NCBI GenBank assembly: GCA_037439545.1
Contig: JBBIVV010000007.1
Coordinates: forward strand, 26,259 to 51,429
Direction of reading: 5' to 3'
Origin: a bacterium
GTDB lineage: Bacteria; JAMCPX01
DNA: 25,171 nucleotides
Position numbers and translations under genes: made by a program. This document shows positions 1-8,570 of the stretch, in pieces. The number at the start of each line of letters is the position of its first letter. The first letter of the stretch is position 1. The notes under the pieces were generated by a model. The model was given only the letters and a program-made list of their open reading frames with translations. It was not told the origin of the DNA and searched no databases.

Positions 1-33
1 AGGTGCTGGGATTGCTCTGTAATTTTTATGCAT
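1..33 (-). CDS. Possible 5' end of a divergent gene running off the window (MHKNYRAIPAP...)
   Basis: Minus-strand ATG at 33..31, preceded by a weak AGGT; open for 11 codons to the window edge; divergent from ctpA. Too short to identify. Confidence 0.25.
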   Translation of the reverse strand, partial: MHKNYRAIPAP

Positions 34-59
34 TTTACCTGACCTATCCATTCATCCCC

Positions 60-88
60 TTGTTTTTTGTAATAAGAAGCGTTATGAT
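60..88 (+). promoter_or_regulatory. Putative sigma70 promoter for ctpA-ftsB
   Basis: TTGTTT (60-65), N17, TATGAT (83-88), upstream of the GGAGG RBS at 110-114. Confidence 0.45.
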
Positions 89-118
89 AGTGCTTAAATG
101 AACAGATATGGAGGAAAA

Positions 119-1444
119 ATGAAACTGAAAATAATTAAAAGCTGGTGGATAGTACTCGTGATCTTAGCAGTTACATCGGCTTTTGCCGCCAAAGTAGTTA
201 CGACCAGAGAACACATTCAGAAGAGTGATGGTAATTATGAAGAACTCGGCCTGTTTACCGCGGTCCTGAATAAGGTAGAGAAGGATTATGTTGAACCGGT
301 AAGCACCAAAAAACTTATATACGGTGCATTAAAAGGTATGATCAGTTCCCTTGATCCGCATTCGGGCTTTATGACACCGGATGAATATAAGGACATGCAG
401 ATCAGCACTCAGGGACAATTCGGGGGCGTCGGCATGACGATTACCCTGAAAGACGGGCTCTTGACTGTCATAGCGCCCATAGAAGACACCCCTGCGGCAA
501 AGGCAGGCATTAAATCAGGGGACAAAGTCATCATGATAGACGATAAACCGACCAGGGATTTGACGCTTGAGCAGGATCTGAACATGATCCGCGGACCCAG
601 CGGTACAAAGGTCAAGATAACCATTTTCAGACAGGGCTTAAAAGAACCAAAGGTCTTTGTCCTTACGAGAGAAATTATAAAGATTAAGAGTGTAAAGTAT
701 GACGTGATAGATGGTCACTACGGCTATGTGAGACTGATACAATTCCAGGAAACGACAAACAATGAGCTTCAGAAAGCCCTTGATGAGATCCATAAAAAAG
801 CAGGCAATAACATTGAAGGTATCGTGCTTGATCTGAGAAACAACCCCGGAGGTTTGTTAAACCAGGCCGTCGATGTTGCCTCGCATTTCATCAGAAGCGG
901 TTTGATAGTTTATACAAAAGGCAGGCTTCCGGATCAGCAGTTGAAATTCGATTCGGACGGCAAACATACAGAGCCTGATTATCCAATAGTCGTCCTGATA
1001 AACGGAGGCACGGCAAGTGCTTCAGAGATTGTTGCAGGGGCTTTACAGGATCATAAGCGGGCAATAATCGTCGGAACGCCGAGTTTCGGCAAGGGATCTG
1101 TCCAAACGATTATCCCGATGGAGGATGGCTCTGCCCTCAGATTAACTACAGCGCTCTATTACACACCGAACGGAAGGTCCATACAGGCAGAGGGCATTCA
1201 GCCTGACATAACGATGCATGAGGAAAAAGTCATAGAAGAATCCCAGAACATATTCGGCTTAAAAGAAAAAGACCTTACGGGACATTTCCCGTCGCAGAAC
1301 CAGATCAAGGATGAAAAGACCAAAGATAATTCTACGGAAGAAAAACTGCTGAACGACAGTGAGATTCGACGGGCACTCGATATACTGAAGGGTATACACC
1401 TTTACACGGATATAAAGTCGGGTGGTACGATGAGCACGAACTGA
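119..1444 (+). CDS. ctpA: Carboxyl-terminal processing protease, S41A family (PDZ + peptidase)
   Basis: Signal peptide (WWIVLVILAVTSAFA), LDPHS, PDZ loop GVGMTI, DLRNNPGG, catalytic Ser in TASASEI and Lys in FGKGSVQ. Start moved from 98 to ATG 119 because GGAGG lies at 110-114. Confidence 0.93.
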   Translation: MKLKIIKSWWIVLVILAVTSAFAAKVVTTREHIQKSDGNYEELGLFTAVLNKVEKDYVEPVSTKKLIYGALKGMISSLDPHSGFMTPDEYKDMQISTQGQFGGVGMTITLKDGLLTVIAPIEDTPAAKAGIKSGDKVIMIDDKPTRDLTLEQDLNMIRGPSGTKVKITIFRQGLKEPKVFVLTREIIKIKSVKYDVIDGHYGYVRLIQFQETTNNELQKALDEIHKKAGNNIEGIVLDLRNNPGGLLNQAVDVASHFIRSGLIVYTKGRLPDQQLKFDSDGKHTEPDYPIVVLINGGTASASEIVAGALQDHKRAIIVGTPSFGKGSVQTIIPMEDGSALRLTTALYYTPNGRSIQAEGIQPDITMHEEKVIEESQNIFGLKEKDLTGHFPSQNQIKDEKTKDNSTEEKLLNDSEIRRALDILKGIHLYTDIKSGGTMSTN

Positions 1445-1761
1445 TGAAATGGTCCTATAGATTATTATTCATTTTAATAATAGTGCTCGCTGCATATACG
1501 GTATTTTCGCATGGCGGGCTATACGATCTATGGCAATTAAGAGGGAGCAGTAAAAAGCTTGAAACGAAAAACATGCGGCTCATGCAGCAGAAGAATGACC
1601 TTTCGGAACAGATAGGCCTGCTCAAATCCGACAACTATTATATTGAAAAGATAGCCAGGGAGGAACTCGGCATGGCAAAGGACAATGAGATTATCGTTTA
1701 CTTCAAGAAGGAGAACGGACAGGTTCCTTCCGGCACAACCATGATCCCGGGAGAGAAATAG
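1444..1761 (+). CDS. ftsB: Septum formation initiator FtsB/DivIC
   Basis: Single N-terminal TM, then GxxG-like SHGGLYDL, a coiled coil and IEKIAREELGMAKDNE (DivIC/FtsB signature). TGATG overlap with the ctpA stop. Confidence 0.88.
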   Translation: MKWSYRLLFILIIVLAAYTVFSHGGLYDLWQLRGSSKKLETKNMRLMQQKNDLSEQIGLLKSDNYYIEKIAREELGMAKDNEIIVYFKKENGQVPSGTTMIPGEK

Positions 1762-1776
1762 AGCGCAATGCCCGTA

Positions 1777-1948
1777 TAAACCCCGTTAGAAAAAATGACT
1801 TTAAACACACGTCTGCGTGCCATAACGCATAATAGATTGAAGCACCTGTACTTATGCTCCGGCGTGCTGACATGTTCTTTCTATAAGGACTAAAAATATT
1901 ATAAACATGATCCCTTATATAAATGACAGGACTTTCTAACGGGGTAAA
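1777..1948. mobile_element. MITE-like non-autonomous element with terminal inverted repeats
   Basis: ACCCCGTTAGAAA (1780-1792) and TTTCTAACGGGGT (1933-1945) are perfect 13-bp inverted repeats. Taking 12-bp ends (1781-1944), the element is flanked by direct TAAA (1777-1780 and 1945-1948). No ORF inside. Confidence 0.6.
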
Positions 1949-4042
1949 ATGCCGAAACTAAAGTTCAAACAGACCGCAATCATAGCTTTGTTAACCGTAT
2001 TGCTCGGCATTGCATCAACCGGTTATGTACTCGGGATTGCCATCAGCAGCGATTATACAAGCATCCTGTTTTTGTCATGTGTGGTTTTATTATTCATAGT
2101 CTCTCTCATCGTTTACCTGCTTGTACAGATACCTCAATATCTTAAAAATAGTATACTTTCATTGGTTACCGTAGCTACCTACGTGATAATGCTCGACTAC
2201 GTGGAGAATACATTTAAATTCAACGCCCTCCCCTCGATATACTTAATATTCAGCTTTCTTACCCTCGTTTTCAGCATGACAGACGGATTAATAGCGGTTG
2301 CATATGGTTTTTTACTGTTTACGATGAAGGCCTTTATATTTTCGAAACCATTATCGCATTATGTGTTTTATACGGTGATCTCCGCACTCTCGGTCATAAC
2401 GATAGGCTTGATCATGGCTTACGAGAGGAAAATCATAAAGAAGCTGCGTAATAAGATTGCAACTCTTCAGGAAGCACCCATTGAATTCAGCGTAAAAAAC
2501 GACAATAGAACTGATCCATTGCAGTATTCAAATATCATTTCAGACGACGGACTGATAAAAGAAAAAAGCAGGTTGATGACCATACTCAACGAAAGACTCT
2601 ACGACATCATGGAGACCATCCGTTCTACAATCCACCCGTTTACCGTTATCCTCTATCTGATTGACAACGACATGCACCTGAAAGGCAGGGAAATACTTTC
2701 AAACAGTGAGTGGATTGATATGGACAAACCTTTGAAACAGGATGATCCATATATCGGCTGGATCCTTAAAAACAAAAAGAGTCTCCTGCTGAACGAAATA
2801 AAGGATGAGATCAAGGGCATACCATACTACACACGGAATGAAGGTATAAAATCATTCATGGCTGTGCCTGCAATAAAAGACAACGACATCATTGGAATAA
2901 TCTGCGTGGACAGCCTTGAGGTTCAGGCATTTACCGATGAGCATGTGAAGCTGCTCACCGTTATAACCAATCAGATCATAGACCTGATAGATAATATAGA
3001 GCTCCAGTATAATCTCCGTTATGATATGTACGAAAAAGGCGCTATGTACACGTTCGTCAGGACCCTGTCCCAGCACATAGATCCTACGACTATCGGCCAG
3101 GCATCACTTCAGGAGATAATAAGGATCACCGGAGTCAATGCCGGGATCTTTGCATTCAAAGATGAAAAAAAGGCTTTTGAAGTTGCTGCGGTCCAAACTA
3201 TAGATCGGGAACTGACCGGTAAAAGTTTCGTTGCCGATATGACGCCGATACTGGACGGTCTGGCTGAGAACCAGCTTTCAGCCATAAACCAGATCACGGC
3301 ATCTCAGGTGAAAATCCTCTATCCGGCACTCTATCATCTGTACGAACCGGACAAGCTATTCAAATACACGGCAATAATATCACTACGGACAAAGATCGAA
3401 GAAGTCGGCGTCGTAGTTTTGTATATGAACAACATGCTGAACGAAAGAATAAGTATTATTCTTGATACACTCATAAATCAGATTGCGACATCGCTCTACA
3501 ACTCCATCCTGTTCAATAAATTGCAGAAACTGGCGATAACAGACGGGCTCACGGGTTTGCATAACCACAGGCATTTCCAGGAGCACATAGAGACCGAGGT
3601 AAAGGAAGCACTGAGATACAATAAGCCTTTAACCATGCTCATGCTGGATATAGATCACTTCAAAAAGATAAATGATACCTATGGACATCCACAGGGTGAT
3701 TCTCTCTTGAAAAAGATATCCGAGATCATCATGCAGACCATAAGAGATGTGGATTACGCCGCACGATACGGCGGGGAGGAATTCTGCGTAGTCCTGCCGA
3801 ACACCGATGGAAAGGGTGCATATAAAATAGCCGAAAGACTCAGGAAAAAGATTGAAGCATTACATATAAATTATGACAACAGGGACATAAGGTTCACGAT
3901 AAGTATCGGGATATCCGGCATACCGGAAGATGCCGCAAACAAAAGCGAGATCATATCTCATGCCGATGGAGCCCTGTACCGCTCTAAAGAAAATGGTAGG
4001 AATCAGACGACCATTTATGGTAATATTAAAACAAAGGAGTGA
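1949..4042 (+). CDS. Membrane-anchored sensor diguanylate cyclase (about 6 TM + GAF + GAF + GGDEF), DmxA-like architecture
   Basis: About six hydrophobic segments in the first ~160 aa; GAF motif SFMAVP...IIGIICVDS...AFTDEH; a second, diverged GAF; LAITDGLTGLHN, MLDIDHFKKINDTYGH, I-site RDVD and active site RYGGEEF. Confidence 0.92.
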   Translation: MPKLKFKQTAIIALLTVLLGIASTGYVLGIAISSDYTSILFLSCVVLLFIVSLIVYLLVQIPQYLKNSILSLVTVATYVIMLDYVENTFKFNALPSIYLIFSFLTLVFSMTDGLIAVAYGFLLFTMKAFIFSKPLSHYVFYTVISALSVITIGLIMAYERKIIKKLRNKIATLQEAPIEFSVKNDNRTDPLQYSNIISDDGLIKEKSRLMTILNERLYDIMETIRSTIHPFTVILYLIDNDMHLKGREILSNSEWIDMDKPLKQDDPYIGWILKNKKSLLLNEIKDEIKGIPYYTRNEGIKSFMAVPAIKDNDIIGIICVDSLEVQAFTDEHVKLLTVITNQIIDLIDNIELQYNLRYDMYEKGAMYTFVRTLSQHIDPTTIGQASLQEIIRITGVNAGIFAFKDEKKAFEVAAVQTIDRELTGKSFVADMTPILDGLAENQLSAINQITASQVKILYPALYHLYEPDKLFKYTAIISLRTKIEEVGVVVLYMNNMLNERISIILDTLINQIATSLYNSILFNKLQKLAITDGLTGLHNHRHFQEHIETEVKEALRYNKPLTMLMLDIDHFKKINDTYGHPQGDSLLKKISEIIMQTIRDVDYAARYGGEEFCVVLPNTDGKGAYKIAERLRKKIEALHINYDNRDIRFTISIGISGIPEDAANKSEIISHADGALYRSKENGRNQTTIYGNIKTKE

Positions 4043-4048
4043 TGAATT

Positions 4049-4768
4049 ATGAAAAGACTCGGAGTCAATATTGATCATATAGCAACAGTACGGCAGGCAA
4101 GGAAAACGAATGAACCGGACCCTATAACCGCAATAAGCATGATCGAGCTTGCAGGTGCCGACAGCATTGTCATGCATCTCCGGGAAGACAGGAGGCACAC
4201 GCAGGACAGGGACCTTGAGATCGCAAGAAAGATCGTCAAGACAAAACTGAATCTCGAGATGGCTCCGACACAGGAAATGATAAAGATAGCCCTTGACATA
4301 AAACCGGATACCGTAACACTTGTTCCCGAGCGCAGAGAAGAACTTACGACAGAAGGCGGGCTTGAAGTTGCCCTGAATCTCGAATCTTTCAAAAAGTATG
4401 CAAGACTTTTCCATGATGCTGACATTACCGTAAGTCTGTTCATAGATCCGGACCTCGACCAGATAAAAGCAGCCCACAGGACCGGAGCCGACATCATAGA
4501 GATAAGCACTGCCAGATACTGCGAATCAAAAACAAGGCAGGAACTTGAAACGAATATACAGCAGATAATAAACGCCGTCACGATTGCCGAAAAGCTGAAA
4601 CTCGGTATCGCTGCCGGACACGGCCTCACCTATATAAACATAGAACCCATTATAGGAATAGATTCAATTACCGAATACAACATTGGCCATTCCATTATTG
4701 CGAGAGCAGTATTTACCGGATTGGAACGTGCTGTACGGGAAATGAAAGAGAAGATCAACTCAAGATAG
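4049..4768 (+). CDS. pdxJ: Pyridoxine 5'-phosphate synthase
   Basis: LGVNIDHIATVRQAR, HLREDRRH, LNLEMA, TLVPERREELTTEGGL, AGHGL, NIGHSIIARA. Confidence 0.97.
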   Translation: MKRLGVNIDHIATVRQARKTNEPDPITAISMIELAGADSIVMHLREDRRHTQDRDLEIARKIVKTKLNLEMAPTQEMIKIALDIKPDTVTLVPERREELTTEGGLEVALNLESFKKYARLFHDADITVSLFIDPDLDQIKAAHRTGADIIEISTARYCESKTRQELETNIQQIINAVTIAEKLKLGIAAGHGLTYINIEPIIGIDSITEYNIGHSIIARAVFTGLERAVREMKEKINSR

Positions 4769-4821
4769 TGATGGGATGAACAGGGCAGGAAAAACCAGAA
4801 ACACGAAAGTCCCGCTCAACC

Positions 4822-4842
4822 TTCTGAAAAAATATTTCAGAA
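4822..4842. terminator. AT-rich dyad between convergent pdxJ and acyl-CoA dehydrogenase; possible weak bidirectional terminator
   Basis: TTCTGAAA-aaata-TTTCAGAA is a perfect 8-bp inverted repeat. No clear U-tract. Confidence 0.3.
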
Positions 4843-4860
4843 CGCGCAATAGGATGCCGG

Positions 4861-6006
4861 TTACAGCCCCATCTGCTTGCCTATGATCTCCTTCATGATC
4901 TCTGTGGTGCCTGCAAAAATCGTCTGAACCCTGACATCGAGGTATGCCTGTGCAATAGGGTACTCAAGCATGTATCCGTAGCCTCCAAACAACTGTAAAC
5001 ACTGATCGACCGTCTTCTTCAACATCTCCGTTACCCACCATTTAGCCATGCACGTTTCTTTTATAATGTTTGCACCTTCAACGTGATCCTGAATAAGCCT
5101 GTCGATAAACGCTCTTCCAAGTTCTATCTCCGTTGCCATCTCGACAAGTTTGAATCGCGAATTCTGGAATTTTGATATGGGCTTTCCAAATGCGGTCCTT
5201 GTCTGGGTGTATTCAATGGTATCCTGCAGTGCTTTTTCCGCGCCTGCCTGTGCGCCAATGGCGCTTACGAGCCTTTCCTGCTGAAGCTTCTGCATCAACT
5301 GGAAAAAACCCTCGCCTTCGGCGCCGAGAAGATTCTTTGCCGGAACTTTGCAGTCGGAAAAATAAAGTTCCGATGTATCCTGCGCCTTCATTCCTATCTT
5401 TTCGAGTTTCCTGCCTTTTTCAAACCCCGGTGTCTTATCCTCGACAACGATCAGGCTTATGCCGGTATAAGGCGGGTCAGCCTTTGTGTTTGTCTTGCAC
5501 GCAACGACGACAAGGTCACAGAGCTGTCCGTTCGATATGAAAGTCTTCTGTCCGTTGAGTAAATAATAATCTCCGTCCTTTACCGCAGTGGTCTTGATTG
5601 CCTGCAGATCACTGCCGGTACCGGGCTCTGTCATTGCTACTGCAGTTATCAGGTCTCCTCTCACGCACCCGGGCAGCCATCTTTGCTTCTGTTCCTCATT
5701 CCCGAATGCCGCAATATACGGCACGACGATGTCGCTGTGCAGGTTAATGGCAAATCCCGATTCCATTATTCTTGCCATTTCCTCCATGATGACGACTGAA
5801 TATAAAAAATTTACGCCCGAACCTCCGTACTTTTCTTCAACCCCGGGACACAGGTATCCTGCGCTGCCAGCTATTTTCCATATGTCCCTTGAAACCATAC
5901 CGTTCTTTTTCCATTCAGACTGGTGCGGCACTACTTCCCGTTCCAGAAATTTCTTAAGCCCCTGTCTGAATATCTCGTGCTCTTCACCGAATATTTTTCT
6001 TTCCAT
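4861..6006 (-). CDS. Acyl-CoA dehydrogenase (LCAD-type)
   Basis: AMTEPGTGSDL, LNGQKTFISNG, KIGMKAQDTSELYF, R..FGKPI..FQ, QLFGGYGYM. The Glu in QERL, with TIFAGTTEI lacking the MCAD-type Glu, points to LCAD-like placement of the catalytic base. GGAG RBS upstream. Confidence 0.95.
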   Translation of the reverse strand: MERKIFGEEHEIFRQGLKKFLEREVVPHQSEWKKNGMVSRDIWKIAGSAGYLCPGVEEKYGGSGVNFLYSVVIMEEMARIMESGFAINLHSDIVVPYIAAFGNEEQKQRWLPGCVRGDLITAVAMTEPGTGSDLQAIKTTAVKDGDYYLLNGQKTFISNGQLCDLVVVACKTNTKADPPYTGISLIVVEDKTPGFEKGRKLEKIGMKAQDTSELYFSDCKVPAKNLLGAEGEGFFQLMQKLQQERLVSAIGAQAGAEKALQDTIEYTQTRTAFGKPISKFQNSRFKLVEMATEIELGRAFIDRLIQDHVEGANIIKETCMAKWWVTEMLKKTVDQCLQLFGGYGYMLEYPIAQAYLDVRVQTIFAGTTEIMKEIIGKQMGL

Positions 6007-6162
6007 TGCTCCTCCCTTGTTTTACCTTTATCAACTCCGGCATCAATACGAAATAATTGAACACCTATGGTTTTGAGAATTTATTATCGTTTAATACCAT
6101 AAGAAAGAGTCAAAGGACAAGCCCTTTCTTTCTATGGAACTTCCGGCAGGGTTCATCAATTC

Positions 6163-6191
6163 TTGACTTGTTTTAAATGCACCTTTACTAT
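6163..6191 (+). promoter_or_regulatory. Sigma70 promoter for kdsB-pyrG
   Basis: TTGACT (6163-6168), N17, TACTAT (6186-6191). Confidence 0.65.
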
Positions 6192-6197
6192 GGAGTC

Positions 6198-6947
6198 ATG
6201 AATAAAGTTGCCATAATAATACCTGCACGATTCGGTTCAAAACGATTACACGGAAAACCTCTCTTAAAACTCGGAAACAAGACAATCATCCAGCATGTGT
6301 ACGAGAATGCGGCATCATCGAGCTTTGCAGACAGGGTCATTGTCGCAACCGATGACGGCCGCATATACGATACCGTAAAAGGGTTTGGCGGCGATTGCAC
6401 TATGACACCGAAAAACATAAAAAGCGGTACGGACAGGATAGCACACATTGCAAAAAGCATGGACAGTGAATTGATAATGAACCTTCAAGGCGATGAACCA
6501 TTCCTTACGCCTTCTGTATTTGACAGAGGATTAAAGATAGCGATTGAAACTCAGGGAATGGATGTCGTCACGCTTGCGACAAAAATAAGGACATTGAACG
6601 AGCTTAATAATCCGAACAATGTAAAGGTCGTGATGGATAAAGACGGAAACGCCCTTTATTTTTCACGTTTTCCCATACCCTTTGCAAGGGATGATAAAGG
6701 AAAGCTTGTCAAAACCATGAAATGTCATTACAGACATATCGGTATTTATATATTCAGACGAAGGACACTGCTTGAATTTGTAAAGCTGAAACAGTCGGCA
6801 CTCGAAAAGATGGAGCGGCTTGAACAATTACGACTGCTGGAGAATGGTTATCGGATACGGGTTGCTCTTACAGGCTTTGCATCGGCAGGAATAGACACAC
6901 AAGAGGACCTCAGAAGGGCCAGGGTATTTTTTGAAAGGAAAAGGTAG
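6198..6947 (+). CDS. kdsB: 3-deoxy-manno-octulosonate cytidylyltransferase (CMP-Kdo synthetase)
   Basis: [66 protein letters not shown]. Start moved to ATG 6198 because ATG 6177 lies inside the promoter spacer. Confidence 0.96.
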   Translation: MNKVAIIIPARFGSKRLHGKPLLKLGNKTIIQHVYENAASSSFADRVIVATDDGRIYDTVKGFGGDCTMTPKNIKSGTDRIAHIAKSMDSELIMNLQGDEPFLTPSVFDRGLKIAIETQGMDVVTLATKIRTLNELNNPNNVKVVMDKDGNALYFSRFPIPFARDDKGKLVKTMKCHYRHIGIYIFRRRTLLEFVKLKQSALEKMERLEQLRLLENGYRIRVALTGFASAGIDTQEDLRRARVFFERKR

Positions 6948-6952
6948 GTATA

Positions 6953-8557
6953 ATGAAATCCAAATTTATATTCGTAACGGGAGGGGTTGTATCATCGCTC
7001 GGCAAGGGTATTGCATCGGCTTCTATCGCAGCCCTTATGCAGGCAAGGGGGTTAAACATAACACTCCAGAAGCTCGATCCTTATATCAATGTCGACCCCG
7101 GTACAATGAATCCGTATCAGCACGGAGAGGTCTTCGTTACCGATGACGGAGCTGAAACAGACCTTGATCTCGGTCATTATGAACGGTTCACGAACATAAG
7201 TATAACTCATTCAAACAATGTGACAGCAGGACAAGTTTATGACACGGTCATAAACAAGGAAAGGAAGGGAGATTATCTCGGCGGCACGGTGCAGGTGATC
7301 CCCCATATAACAGATGAGATAAAACACAGGATAAGGGACAATGCAAAGGGCAAGGACTTGGCCATCATAGAGATCGGCGGCACGGTCGGCGATATAGAGA
7401 GCCTTCCGTTCCTTGAAGCCATACGTCAGCTTAAAAAAGACGTTGGACCCGAAAACGTACTTTATGTGCACCTCACCCTTGTCCCTTACATAAAAGGATC
7501 CGGAGAGCTTAAAACCAAGCCGACCCAGCATTCTGTAAAAGAGCTGCGGGCAATAGGTATCCAACCGGACATCCTGCTCTGCAGGACAGACAGGCATATC
7601 GATAAAGATCTCAAGGCCAAGATCGCATTGTTCAGCGATGTCGACCAGGACGCTGTGATCGCAGCCATCGATGTGGAATCCATATACGATGTTCCCGTCG
7701 AATTCCACAATGAAGGACTCGATGAGAAGATCATAGAAAAGCTTCATATCTGGACAGGCGCTCCGGACCTCTCAAAGTGGGAATCGCTCTCAAAGAAGAC
7801 CGCGGGAATAAAAGATGAGGTGACGATAGGTATTGTCGGCAAGTATGTCCATTTAAGGGATTCATACAAGAGCCTCCATGAGGCACTGACGCACGGCGGT
7901 ATCGCAAACAGCGTAAAGATCGACCACAAGTACATAGATTCGGAAGATATAGAAAATGAAGGCCCTGCAAAATTCTTGAACGATGTCAATGGCATCCTTG
8001 TTCCCGGCGGCTTCGGCAACAGGGGCATAGAAGGAAAAATCCTTGCCGCCAGGTACGCGCGGGAAAAAAAGATACCCTACTTCGGTATATGTCTCGGCAT
8101 GCAGATCGCGGTCATAGAATTTGCCCGTCATGTCCTGAACATCAGAGACGCAAACAGCAGTGAATTCGATTCAAAAACAAAACATGCCGTTATAGACCTG
8201 ATGCCTGAACAGAAAAATAACATACAGTTAGGAGGCTCGATGAGGCTCGGTGCGTATGAATGCAGGATTAAATCAGGCACGCATGCAGCAAGGGCTTATG
8301 GCAAGGATACGATATTTGAGAGGCACAGGCATAGGTATGAGTTTAACAACGACTTCAGACTGAACTTCATATCGAAAGGCATGATTATAAGCGGCGAATA
8401 CCCCGACAAAAAACTTGTAGAAATCATCGAGCTGAAAAACCATCCGTGGTACCTCGGCTGCCAGTTCCACCCTGAGTTTAAATCAAAGCCCATTGCACCT
8501 CATCCGCTGTTTATACAGTTCATAAAGGCTTCTGCAAAGAAAAAAGCCAATCACTGA
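6953..8557 (+). CDS. pyrG: CTP synthase
   Basis: [78 protein letters not shown]. Confidence 0.99.
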   Translation: MKSKFIFVTGGVVSSLGKGIASASIAALMQARGLNITLQKLDPYINVDPGTMNPYQHGEVFVTDDGAETDLDLGHYERFTNISITHSNNVTAGQVYDTVINKERKGDYLGGTVQVIPHITDEIKHRIRDNAKGKDLAIIEIGGTVGDIESLPFLEAIRQLKKDVGPENVLYVHLTLVPYIKGSGELKTKPTQHSVKELRAIGIQPDILLCRTDRHIDKDLKAKIALFSDVDQDAVIAAIDVESIYDVPVEFHNEGLDEKIIEKLHIWTGAPDLSKWESLSKKTAGIKDEVTIGIVGKYVHLRDSYKSLHEALTHGGIANSVKIDHKYIDSEDIENEGPAKFLNDVNGILVPGGFGNRGIEGKILAARYAREKKIPYFGICLGMQIAVIEFARHVLNIRDANSSEFDSKTKHAVIDLMPEQKNNIQLGGSMRLGAYECRIKSGTHAARAYGKDTIFERHRHRYEFNNDFRLNFISKGMIISGEYPDKKLVEIIELKNHPWYLGCQFHPEFKSKPIAPHPLFIQFIKASAKKKANH

Positions 8558-8570
8558 ATCTGTCCGGCGG

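Noticed and set aside
3860..4629. Long antisense ORFs (205 aa, 184 aa) over the cyclase and pdxJ, and similar ones over pyrG, kdsD, rpoN and ftsK
   Set aside because: They are shadows of well-supported genes, with no recognizable motifs or RBS.
4769..4820. ACAGGGCA...GAAAG segment faintly reminiscent of a c-di-GMP-I riboswitch
   Set aside because: The P2/P3 pairings and the GCAAAG/CTAA core are absent, and it lies between convergent 3' ends rather than in a 5' leader.
6136..6165. GGAACTT sigmaE-like -35 upstream of kdsB
   Set aside because: No matching -10 at 16-bp spacing; the sigma70 promoter explains the region better.
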